Source of the DNA: an uncultured Candidatus Saccharibacteria bacterium
GTDB taxonomy: Bacteria; Patescibacteriota; Minisyncoccia; Phycocordibacterales; UBA2100
Reading direction: 5' to 3'
NCBI GenBank assembly: GCA_964471165.1
Contig: CAYYEX010000002.1
Location: forward strand, 60,965-124,964
Length of the DNA: 64,000 nt
Below the pieces are notes generated by a model that ran no database searches, was not told the origin of the DNA, and worked only from the letters and a program-made list of their open reading frames with translations. Positions 16,728-24,718 of this stretch are shown here, piece by piece (position 1 is the stretch's first letter; each line of letters starts with the position of its first letter). Both the position numbers and the translations under genes were made by a program.

Positions 16728-18387
16728 TCAAAAGCCGAACAAGGTGAGTCAAACAGGCGTGCCGGGGAAACCCGGCACGCCTGTTCCGTCTCCGGCACAC
16801 CCGCCGGTGTCACATCTCATGCCACACGATGGCGCCGTCTCCGCCGAGCCTGTTATTCATGAATCAGTTATCGCCCCGACTGCAATACCTGTTCCAGATA
16901 TTATGGTGCCTCAAAAAAAGGCCGAGCGAGCATCAATCCCCGAGGTGCAAAAAAAAGCTCCTGCAAAACCAGCGCCCCCCGTACTCCCTCCCATGCCCTC
17001 ACCGAGCAAGCCGCCTGTCTCTCATCTCATGCCGCACGCCGAAATTGTGCCGACACAACCGTTGATTACCCCACCCAAGCCGCCGGTTACCAGCGTCATG
17101 CCCCCAACTCCATCGACAACGATTGAACTCACCACTCCTCCACCCCCCGTGTTTACAGGAGTGGCAATGCAGGAACCCGAGCCGCCGGCTCCGGTTGTAA
17201 TGCCAACGGGCAGAAGCGCTCCGGTACAGGATGCACTTGAGGCAGAAGTTGGCCTCACGAAACCCGCGCCAAAAACCCGTCCGCCGGAGCCGCAGCACTC
17301 CGATATGGATAAAATTCTCAAGGGTATTAAACTGCCGGAGAAACGCGCATACGCCCCGGCAGGCGAATACAGAGCACCCGCGCCAACGATTGAACCGGAT
17401 GCACAAAAGCTCGACGAAATTCTTGCTGCGCAAATTACCGAAAACACTCCCGCCTCAGTTCCCGCAACTGCGCCAGTACAAAATACGGTGCCGGATCAAA
17501 AGGTATTTCACGAGGACCTCCACGTCGCTTCAGTTCATACCCTCAAGCAAGACTTGCAGCATGTTGTTCAAGAACAAAGGATGTCGGTCGTAAAGGCGGT
17601 CGCACTCGAGCAGGAAAAAAGGTCGCGTTTCGACCATACCGAGGAAATTCCGCGTCCGCCAAGTAAGGCCCCGGCAGTGTTGTTCACTATTGCTGTTTTT
17701 ATACTTCTTGGTCTCGGCGCTCTTGGTGGCGTGTATTACATTGCAACAATCCAATCTGCTCCGGGGCCAGTGAGTGAGAACACATCGCTCGTATTCGCGG
17801 AACAAACTGTCGCATTTGCGCTCACCCAAGATTCTCCTCAATCGCTGCGCTCCCAGCTCGCAACCAATCGCAACACCAGCGGTACACTTGGCTCGTTGTT
17901 GCACATTGTGCCCGTGGTACCACATTTCGATGAAAGCGGGAAAGAGGGTGGACGTCCTGCAACACTCGCAGAGTTTTTTAAAGCCATCGGGACAGAGCCG
18001 CCGGAAAATCTCATGCGCGCACTCGGTGACGACTTTTTCCTCGGCATTCACACCGTCGACAAAAACGCGCCAATTCTCGTTATTAAAGTCACATCATACG
18101 ACCGCGCTTTCGACGGCATGCTCTCGTGGGAGAAATCTATGAATGCCGATTTAACACCACTTTTTGCTGTGGTGCCGCGTCTCATTATGGGAACCGATGG
18201 TTTACAAACTGAGCGCCCATTCACCGACCTTGTTATGCGCAACTACGATGTGCGCGCACTCAAAGACGACGACGGTGTCATACAGCTGTACTACTCGTTC
18301 CCAACTCGAGATCTGCTCATTATTGCTGAGAGTCCATACACCTTCACTGAAATCCTGAGCCGTTTGCAGGCCGGACGCCGACTCTAG
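16693..18387 (+). CDS. hypothetical proline-rich membrane-anchored protein with a duplicated KPPVSHLMPH motif
   Basis: long Pro/Ala-rich N-terminal half; one TM helix (VLFTIAVFILLGLGALGGVYYI); overlaps the 3' end of pnp; start uncertain (16678/16681/16693). Confidence 0.5.
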   Translation: MAEEKTGNDASSQKPNKVSQTGVPGKPGTPVPSPAHPPVSHLMPHDGAVSAEPVIHESVIAPTAIPVPDIMVPQKKAERASIPEVQKKAPAKPAPPVLPPMPSPSKPPVSHLMPHAEIVPTQPLITPPKPPVTSVMPPTPSTTIELTTPPPPVFTGVAMQEPEPPAPVVMPTGRSAPVQDALEAEVGLTKPAPKTRPPEPQHSDMDKILKGIKLPEKRAYAPAGEYRAPAPTIEPDAQKLDEILAAQITENTPASVPATAPVQNTVPDQKVFHEDLHVASVHTLKQDLQHVVQEQRMSVVKAVALEQEKRSRFDHTEEIPRPPSKAPAVLFTIAVFILLGLGALGGVYYIATIQSAPGPVSENTSLVFAEQTVAFALTQDSPQSLRSQLATNRNTSGTLGSLLHIVPVVPHFDESGKEGGRPATLAEFFKAIGTEPPENLMRALGDDFFLGIHTVDKNAPILVIKVTSYDRAFDGMLSWEKSMNADLTPLFAVVPRLIMGTDGLQTERPFTDLVMRNYDVRALKDDDGVIQLYYSFPTRDLLIIAESPYTFTEILSRLQAGRRL

Positions 18388-18483
18388 TTTTTCTCATATC
18401 ATTCTTTCCATACCCTACGAGATAGGCATTTGCGAACACATGGCCCGCTCGAACTTTTTTATCTCACGGGGTATACTCTCGGC

Positions 18484-18858
18484 ATGAACAAAATCCCACA
18501 ATCGGAATTAGAGGAACTGCGAGAAATTCTCGAGGTAGATAAAGAGAATCTCGAAGAGGAGCTTGCTGCACACGGCCGCGTCCAGACTGATACAGGTGAC
18601 TGGCAAGGAGCCTCCTCTGGATACGAAGGCACGGAGAGTGACCCGAACGATGTAGCCGACCAGATTGAGGAACTTGCGACAAACGTGCCACTGGTAGAGG
18701 AGCTTGAGGACCGTCACCGCGATGTCGCTGATGCGCTCGAAAAAATGGATGAGGGAGTCTACGGCATCTGCGAAGTGTGTAACGAACCAATCCCACTTGA
18801 ACGACTCGTTGCAATACCGTCTGCCCGCACCTGCATCGAACACGCTGAGGAAATATAA
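18484..18858 (+). CDS. DksA/TraR-family C4 zinc-finger protein
   Basis: C-terminal CEVCNEPIPLERLVAIPSARTCIEHAE (CxxC-x17-C..H) and acidic coiled-coil N-terminus; start at MNKIP preceded by the TATCTCACGGGGTATACT motif. Confidence 0.7.
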   Translation: MNKIPQSELEELREILEVDKENLEEELAAHGRVQTDTGDWQGASSGYEGTESDPNDVADQIEELATNVPLVEELEDRHRDVADALEKMDEGVYGICEVCNEPIPLERLVAIPSARTCIEHAEEI

Positions 18859-18879
18859 CCGTTCAGTTGTTCATACGTT

Positions 18880-18912
18880 TTTGTATACCCCGCCGCGAGC
18901 GGGGTATACTTT
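18880..18912 (+). terminator. palindrome GTATACCCCGC-cgcga-GCGGGGTATAC followed by TTTTTT
   Basis: 11-bp perfect inverted repeat plus T-run between dksA-like and comM-like genes. Confidence 0.6.
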
Positions 18913-18916
18913 TTTG

Positions 18917-20464
18917 GTGACACGGAGTGACGTCGAGTCCGGGTTTGCACGCGTATTCGGCGCACAGCCGGCGCTCCCTCGTGCGCATCTCGTTTCCGTT
19001 GAGTGCGATATCATTCGCGGTCTCCATGCGTTTACAGTTGTTGGACTGCCCGATAAAGCAGTCGAGGAAGCAAAGGATCGCATCGCCGCGGCGATTAAAA
19101 ATTCCCCCGGTGAATTCGAATCCCCGAAACGGAGCAACAAGAAAATTGTATTTTCACTCGCTCCTGCTGAATTAAAAAAAGAGGGGGCCGTCTTTGATTT
19201 ACCGCTCGCACTTTCATACCTGCTCGCATCTGGGCAGCTTGCGTTTGACCCCACGGGAAAACTATTCGCGGGCGAGCTCGCGCTCGATGGGACGATGCGC
19301 CCTGTACGCGGGGCACTCTCGATTGCGCTGTGCGCACGTGACGAGGGTTTCACCGAACTGTTTATTCCCGAAGAAAATTGTGCTGAGGCATCGCTGGTAT
19401 CCGGCATTACTATCTTTCCGGTTAAAACTTTTTACGATGCCGTTGCGCATGTCTCGGAGCACGCACACACAATTACTCCGTATGTCGCTTCCCGCACGCA
19501 ACGTGTACACGAAGAAAGCGGTGTTTCACTGAGTGACATTCGCGGACAAGAGAGCGCAAAACGCGGACTCGAAATCGCAGCAGCGGGTCGTCACAACATT
19601 GCACTCTATGGTCCGCCGGGCACGGGTAAAACAATGCTCGCACGCACAGCCGTTGCACTCCTTCCGGATCTCTCAGAGAGTGAAATGATTGAAGTTACCG
19701 CCATTCATTCGTTTGCGGGAGCAACAAAAGGTGCTGTTACACGCCCACCATTCCGCTCACCCCATCACACCTCGTCGTATGCATCTCTCATTGGCGGTGG
19801 TGCCATCCCCCGTCCCGGAGAAGTTACCCTCGCTCACCGCGGTCTTTTGTTCCTCGATGAATTTCCAGAGTTTCACCGCGATGTTGTGAATGCGTTGCGT
19901 GAACCGTTGGAAGACGCACAGGTGAGTGTTGCACGAGCTCGCGGCAGCTCCACGTTTCCCGCCAACTTTATGCTGGTTGCCGCACTCAACCCCTGTCCAT
20001 GTGGAAGATATGGCAGCCGCGATTGCACATGCATGCCACACGCAATTGAAAAGTATCGTAGAAAGATTTCTGGACCAGTCGCAGACCGCATCGACATGTG
20101 GGTCCAGGTAGGCGACATGCCGCCCGAAAATTTGGCAATCAAAAAGAAACAGGCAGACGACCAAACAGCAAAAGCACGCGAGCGAATCTTGTACGCACGG
20201 AAATGCCAACACGAGCGATTTAAAAACTCAAAAGGAGTAAGTACCAACTCCGACATGCGCCCAAAGGAAATCGAGTCCCTCGCTGGTCTCTCTTTGAAAG
20301 CAGAAGAAACGCTCATGCAGGCTGCACGCACCATGAAGCTCTCCGCGCGCGGTTACCACCGCACCATCAAACTCGCTCGAACTATTGCAGATCTCTCGGG
20401 ATCGGAAACCATCGAACCTGCTCATATGTTGGAAGCCCTCCAATACCGACAGCGCGACCTTTAA
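18917..20464 (+). CDS. comM: YifB/ComM-family Mg-chelatase-like AAA+ ATPase
   Basis: N-terminal Lon-like fold region (FARVFGAQPALPRAHLVSVECDI); Walker A ALYGPPGTGKTMLA; RGYHRTIKLARTIADL C-terminus; start placed at in-frame GTG 18917 because the longer ORF from 18704 overlaps the dksA-like gene. Confidence 0.75.
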   Translation: MTRSDVESGFARVFGAQPALPRAHLVSVECDIIRGLHAFTVVGLPDKAVEEAKDRIAAAIKNSPGEFESPKRSNKKIVFSLAPAELKKEGAVFDLPLALSYLLASGQLAFDPTGKLFAGELALDGTMRPVRGALSIALCARDEGFTELFIPEENCAEASLVSGITIFPVKTFYDAVAHVSEHAHTITPYVASRTQRVHEESGVSLSDIRGQESAKRGLEIAAAGRHNIALYGPPGTGKTMLARTAVALLPDLSESEMIEVTAIHSFAGATKGAVTRPPFRSPHHTSSYASLIGGGAIPRPGEVTLAHRGLLFLDEFPEFHRDVVNALREPLEDAQVSVARARGSSTFPANFMLVAALNPCPCGRYGSRDCTCMPHAIEKYRRKISGPVADRIDMWVQVGDMPPENLAIKKKQADDQTAKARERILYARKCQHERFKNSKGVSTNSDMRPKEIESLAGLSLKAEETLMQAARTMKLSARGYHRTIKLARTIADLSGSETIEPAHMLEALQYRQRDL

Positions 20465-20485
20465 GGTCGCGCTGAAGTCTTTAAT

Positions 20486-21373
20486 TTATTTCAGTGTGTT
20501 AATAGGAATTTTTAGGTATCGGATTCCATTGTTTTCAGGCTCGGGCAACATGCCGGCACGCATATTTACCTGAAGCGACGGAATGATGAGTTTTGGCATA
20601 CCAAGTCTCTTGTCGCGCTCATTGCGAGCGCGCACAAAGTCTGCGCGGTCAACACCCATGCGCGCATGAACGTTGAGGCGTTTCTGTTCGCCGACGGTTG
20701 TCTCCCATGTGTATTCGGTGCGACCTTCTGGGAGGTAGTCGTGACACATAAACATTCTCGTTTCATCAGGAAGGAGAAACAACTTTTGTACGGACTCGTA
20801 AAGCGCATCCGCACTTCCGCCAGGGAAGTCGCAACGCGCCGAACCGAAGTCCGGCATAAAGAGTGTGTCGCCTACAAAAACGGCGTCACCGATTATGTAA
20901 CTCACATCGGCAGGCGTATGCCCGGGTGTATGGATGACGTGCACCGGTAGAGTGCCAATCGTAAACGTGTCGCCGTCTTTCCAAAGCCTGTCGAACTGAC
21001 TCCCATCGCGCGCAAATTCGGTCCCGGCGTTAAATATTTTTCCGAACGTGTTTTGTACGACGAGTATGTTCTCTCCGATTCCTGTCTCACCGCCCACTAT
21101 TTCTTGCAGATATGGTGCGGCAGAAAGATGATCCGCGTGTATATGTGTTTCTAAAATCCATTCGATGACTAGTTTATGCTCACGCACGTAAGCTGCAATG
21201 GCGTCTGCGCTTTTGTACGAGATAACGCCCGCCGCCGCATCGTAATCCAATACACTGTCTATAATTGCTGCGCGTCTTGTACTCGGGTCCGTCACCACGT
21301 GTGTAACCGTGTTTGTGTCCACATCAAAGAATGATGCAACGTCGGGATGTGCTACTGAAGCTTGTGTTTCCAT
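20486..21373 (-). CDS. MBL-fold metallo-hydrolase (persulfide-dioxygenase/glyoxalase-II-like)
   Basis: HIHADH zinc-binding motif; 295 aa; co-oriented with rhodanese and CsoR-like genes. Confidence 0.7.
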   Translation of the reverse strand: METQASVAHPDVASFFDVDTNTVTHVVTDPSTRRAAIIDSVLDYDAAAGVISYKSADAIAAYVREHKLVIEWILETHIHADHLSAAPYLQEIVGGETGIGENILVVQNTFGKIFNAGTEFARDGSQFDRLWKDGDTFTIGTLPVHVIHTPGHTPADVSYIIGDAVFVGDTLFMPDFGSARCDFPGGSADALYESVQKLFLLPDETRMFMCHDYLPEGRTEYTWETTVGEQKRLNVHARMGVDRADFVRARNERDKRLGMPKLIIPSLQVNMRAGMLPEPENNGIRYLKIPINTLK

Positions 21374-21383
21374 ATCGGATTAA

Positions 21384-21704
21384 TTATGCAACGGGCAATC
21401 CGTGTGCGCGCCATGCAGAGGTTCCTCCGGTAACGTTGACTGCCGAAATGCCGGCTTTGATGAGCGCTGATGTTGCGGTCGCACTACGACCTCCTGACTG
21501 ACAGATCACATAGACCTCAGAATAGCCTTTGAGTTTGTCGATATAGTGAGCAATTTGCGGCAGCGGATAGTTTACCGCCCCACGCGCGTGACCCGAGGAA
21601 TATTCGTCGGGGTTACGAACATCGATAAGTATCGTGCTTTCCCCCTGCATTTTCTGTTCTACTTCTGTAACTGCCACTGAAGGTACTGAGGTGAAGAATC
21701 CCAT
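21384..21704 (-). CDS. single-domain rhodanese-like sulfurtransferase
   Basis: 106 aa; active-site loop CQSGGRS. Confidence 0.8.
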   Translation of the reverse strand: MGFFTSVPSVAVTEVEQKMQGESTILIDVRNPDEYSSGHARGAVNYPLPQIAHYIDKLKGYSEVYVICQSGGRSATATSALIKAGISAVNVTGGTSAWRAHGLPVA

Positions 21705-21731
21705 AGATAGGTGTGTTTATACGTATAACGG

Positions 21732-21986
21732 TTACGCTTTGATAAGTGAGTGAACGTCCGCTAGAAGTGCTTTGTCTTTCACGGGCGCATCTCCATAAAT
21801 CTTCGAACTGAGAAATTCACTGATGCATGTCGCCCGGACACTATCGAGTGAACGACTTGCCGCAAGAAGCGTGCGCGCAGCTTTTCCGCAGTCTTCTGCC
21901 TCGAGTGCCACGCGAACTGCGGCAAGTTGCCCTTCGACACGTGCTACATGTGCCATTAATGCGGATACGTGTTTTCTTTGCATTTG
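21732..21986 (-). CDS. CsoR/RcnR-family metal/persulfide-sensing repressor (CstR-like)
   Basis: VARVEGQLAAVRVALEAEDCGKAARTLLAASRSLDSVRATCISEFL fits the CsoR four-helix fold with two Cys and no His in the x-Y-z site; start set at MQRKH because the palindrome ATACCCCCCGGGGTAT lies inside the longer ORF. Confidence 0.65.
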   Translation of the reverse strand, partial: QMQRKHVSALMAHVARVEGQLAAVRVALEAEDCGKAARTLLAASRSLDSVRATCISEFLSSKIYGDAPVKDKALLADVHSLIKA

Positions 21987-21989
21987 CCA

Positions 21990-22007
21990 TGTATACCATA
22001 TACCCCC
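21990..22007. promoter_or_regulatory. candidate CsoR/CstR operator ATACCCC-cc-GGGGTAT
   Basis: perfect 7-bp GC-rich inverted repeat immediately upstream of the repressor gene; resembles known CsoR-family operators. Confidence 0.5.
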
Positions 22008-22121
22008 CGGGGTATGCAAATCGAGTGTGCTCAACCGTTACAGCCACTGCAATGCACGGAGCGAGATTTGTGCGGCTTTGTCTTCTTTGTGTCTTCATAA
22101 GTTGAGGAGTACAGTGCCTTC

Positions 22122-22688
22122 ATGCATACACGCAACATGATTCTGACCCTGCTTATTGCAGTTGTCGCACTCGTCTTTATAGGAGTCATGTGGATGCAAA
22201 ACTCAGTCGGTATTGATTTGGCAACCGTGACCCCCACGAGCACTCCTGAACAAATAACAACAATCCCCGAAACTGCTGCGGCAACATCATCCATCTTACT
22301 TGCCGTGCTCGACACCGCACAGGTTTCAAACGGCATTTCGCGCGGTTGCGATAAAGTCGTTATGGTGAGCACGCAGATTCCAAGCACAACCGCGCCACTC
22401 ACGGCAGCGATGAACTCATTGTTTAACCTATCAACAACAACAATCGATGGATGGTTCAATTACATTGCGCGCACAAGCGCAACACTGCACTTTGACCACG
22501 CAACCGTAATCAACGGAACTGCAAACATTTATCTGACGGGAGCACTCTCGGGCATGGCGGGCATCTGCGACGACCCACGTACGGAGATTCAAATTCAGGA
22601 AACGGCAAAACAATTTGCTACTGTGAGCCAGGTGCAGCTCTATCTCAACAACAATGCAGTGAACACGCTCGCGCCGAGCATGCAGTAA
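22122..22688 (+). CDS. hypothetical exported protein (N-terminal TM/signal)
   Basis: 188 aa; hydrophobic N-terminus; no recognisable motif. Confidence 0.45.
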   Translation: MHTRNMILTLLIAVVALVFIGVMWMQNSVGIDLATVTPTSTPEQITTIPETAAATSSILLAVLDTAQVSNGISRGCDKVVMVSTQIPSTTAPLTAAMNSLFNLSTTTIDGWFNYIARTSATLHFDHATVINGTANIYLTGALSGMAGICDDPRTEIQIQETAKQFATVSQVQLYLNNNAVNTLAPSMQ

Positions 22689-22716
22689 ATTACATCAACT
22701 CAACATCACAAAACAT

Positions 22717-23202
22717 ATGAACAAACAGATTCTCACCGTCGTCGTTGTTATTGCGCTGGTAATCGCGGGATATCTCTATCTACAGAGCAACAAAGCGGAA
22801 TCCGCAACGCGGACCTTTAACTTGTCAGAGTACGGTATATCGCTCACGATTCCCACTTCACTCAAGAAGATGACATATGTTCCGCGAGACGAAAGCGAAA
22901 AAGGACCGGGTACCGTGCTGCACATGTTTACCGAAAACAACTGCGAGTTAGGTGCTCTCTATCAAATTCGTAAAGACGCAGTGGAAAAATCCAACACCAC
23001 ATGGACCGCAGAAACACTCGAACAGTTTACGAGCCCGCAGGGAGTTAATCCCGCGCAAGTCAAAGAGTTTACGGATTTCTATTTGGTGTTTGAACCGACA
23101 CCGACACCATGCGCAACTGATGAAAAGGAGATTGCAAAGGAATCGAAACTCCGCACCGACTTGTGGAACGCACTGGTAAGCGCGCGCTTCATCTCATACT
23201 AA
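22717..23202 (+). CDS. hypothetical membrane-anchored protein
   Basis: 161 aa; N-terminal TM helix. Confidence 0.45.
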   Translation: MNKQILTVVVVIALVIAGYLYLQSNKAESATRTFNLSEYGISLTIPTSLKKMTYVPRDESEKGPGTVLHMFTENNCELGALYQIRKDAVEKSNTTWTAETLEQFTSPQGVNPAQVKEFTDFYLVFEPTPTPCATDEKEIAKESKLRTDLWNALVSARFISY

Positions 23203-23224
23203 AAACCCGCTCTCTCGAGCGGGT

Positions 23225-24313
23225 TTAAAATGGATTTCGAGTTCCGTTACGAATCTCGAAGTGTAGATGATGCCCTGTCGGACCTGATACACGACCTGAG
23301 TTTCCGACCGTACCGATGAGTTGACCCTTCACTACGTGTTGACCAACACTCGCAACAACTGTCGTCTGGTGTGCGTATAGTGTCTGAGAACCATTGTCGT
23401 GTTGGATAACTACATAGCTTCCGTATCCGCCATTGTAGCCTCCTTGTTTTGCAACAATCACATCTCCTTCAGCTGCAGCGTAAATCGATGTCCCCATCGG
23501 GGCAGCCAAGTCAACGCCGTTATATCCGTGAATACCCTGCGTCCTTACGTAGCTCTTGAGCGGAGAGGAGTAGTAGCCAGCTGAAATGGTGGTCGTAACT
23601 TTCTTGCCGCCGACCGATATTTTCTTCGCCGGAGTCGGCGCTGGAGCGGTAATTTCACCGTTCGGAATGATGAGCTCGGTCCCAACCGCGAGGGTGCCGT
23701 CTTCTATGCTGTTGTAGTTGACGATTTCGGTCACGTCTCCGTCGAACTTCTTGGCAACCGATGCAAGGGTGTCACCCTTTCGGATTGTGTATTTCACTCC
23801 GGTAACCGGAAGAATGGTCAGAACTTGCCCCGCCTTTAGCTTGCTTCCCTTTGTCAGGTCGTTTGCCCAAAGGATCGTGCTTGGCGTTACTTCGAACAAT
23901 TCAGCAATCCCCGAAACCGTGTCTCCCTCGCGGACCACGTAGGTGCTGATAGTTGAGTTCTTCGGTCGTGAGTATGAACCTGACGGACCGTCGTCAGAGA
24001 CGAGTGCAGAATCATCGATAATAGTTATGTCTCCTCCGCCCGTGTCCTGACCCGGGTTTAAAGTTGCTTTTGGAAGCGGCATGGTCTGGCTGTTTCCAGC
24101 ACCGGAGACACTTTCCGCCTCCGCAACGTTGCCATGTATTGAATTACTGACAGCAGAAATGATGTCAGCGAAGATTCCTGCCCGTGCAGTAGAGGGGAGC
24201 AGTGCACCGATGATTATCATCATAGAAATCAACGATGCCGCCGCCTGCGCGGATTTGAATTTGCGGTATGTCCGCTTCGGCTTTTTAGCCAAAGAATCCT
24301 TATTTTGAGCCAA
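23225..24313 (-). CDS. LysM-domain M23 family metallo-endopeptidase (peptidoglycan hydrolase)
   Basis: two LysM repeats (YVVREGDTVSGIAELF.., YTIRKGDTLASVAKKF..) and C-terminal HHLHFEIR M23 motif. Confidence 0.8.
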   Translation of the reverse strand: MAQNKDSLAKKPKRTYRKFKSAQAAASLISMMIIIGALLPSTARAGIFADIISAVSNSIHGNVAEAESVSGAGNSQTMPLPKATLNPGQDTGGGDITIIDDSALVSDDGPSGSYSRPKNSTISTYVVREGDTVSGIAELFEVTPSTILWANDLTKGSKLKAGQVLTILPVTGVKYTIRKGDTLASVAKKFDGDVTEIVNYNSIEDGTLAVGTELIIPNGEITAPAPTPAKKISVGGKKVTTTISAGYYSSPLKSYVRTQGIHGYNGVDLAAPMGTSIYAAAEGDVIVAKQGGYNGGYGSYVVIQHDNGSQTLYAHQTTVVASVGQHVVKGQLIGTVGNSGRVSGPTGHHLHFEIRNGTRNPF

Positions 24314-24561
24314 AATACGTCAATTTTTGCCGACCGATTCACTTATGTGTGCCTGTCCGAACTCGCGGTACGTCCGCAATTTTCCGGGGAGGCGAAGTGG
24401 CGTAGGTCGATTTGTGCGATGGCGCGGGCAGACAGGCTGGAAAGTGGCTTAAAACCTCAGATTTGGAGGATTCGTCCACTTCGGAAATTGCTGGTTACCA
24501 TCGACTTGTTAACGGTAGCCAATGCAGCATTCATAGTCAATTCATAAAAGGGAATCGCAGT

Positions 24562-24668
24562 GGATAGCTTTTTTGTCAACCAAGCCCTAGAAACAGTATC
24601 CGTCAACACCCATTTGATTGCCGTGGTGGATAGCCTCTTTGTCAATCGAGGGCTCTGGGTAAGGCTAT
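24562..24668. repeat. two tandem ~50-nt direct repeats containing GTGGATAGC / GCTATCC(G) (DnaA-box-like) half-sites upstream of the uvrD-like gene
   Basis: cagtGGATAGCttttttGTCAAccaagccct...gTATCCGTCaa vs ggtGGATAGCctctttGTCAAtcgagggct...gCTATCCGTCga. Confidence 0.5.
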
Positions 24669-24718
24669 CCGTCGAAAATCCGAAAAACCCTGATTTATAG
24701 CCATGCTATAGTGCACCC

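Noticed and set aside
18704-18916. Long N-terminal extension of the comM ORF (track start 18704) overlapping the dksA-like gene
   Set aside because: The extension overlaps a well-supported gene in another frame and precedes a strong palindromic terminator; ComM homology begins after the in-frame GTG at 18917.
24562-24668. Direct repeats that might be a CRISPR array
   Set aside because: Only two units with no spacer-like unique segments of regular length, no cas genes nearby, and repeats contain DnaA-box-like half-sites; better explained as a protein-binding array.
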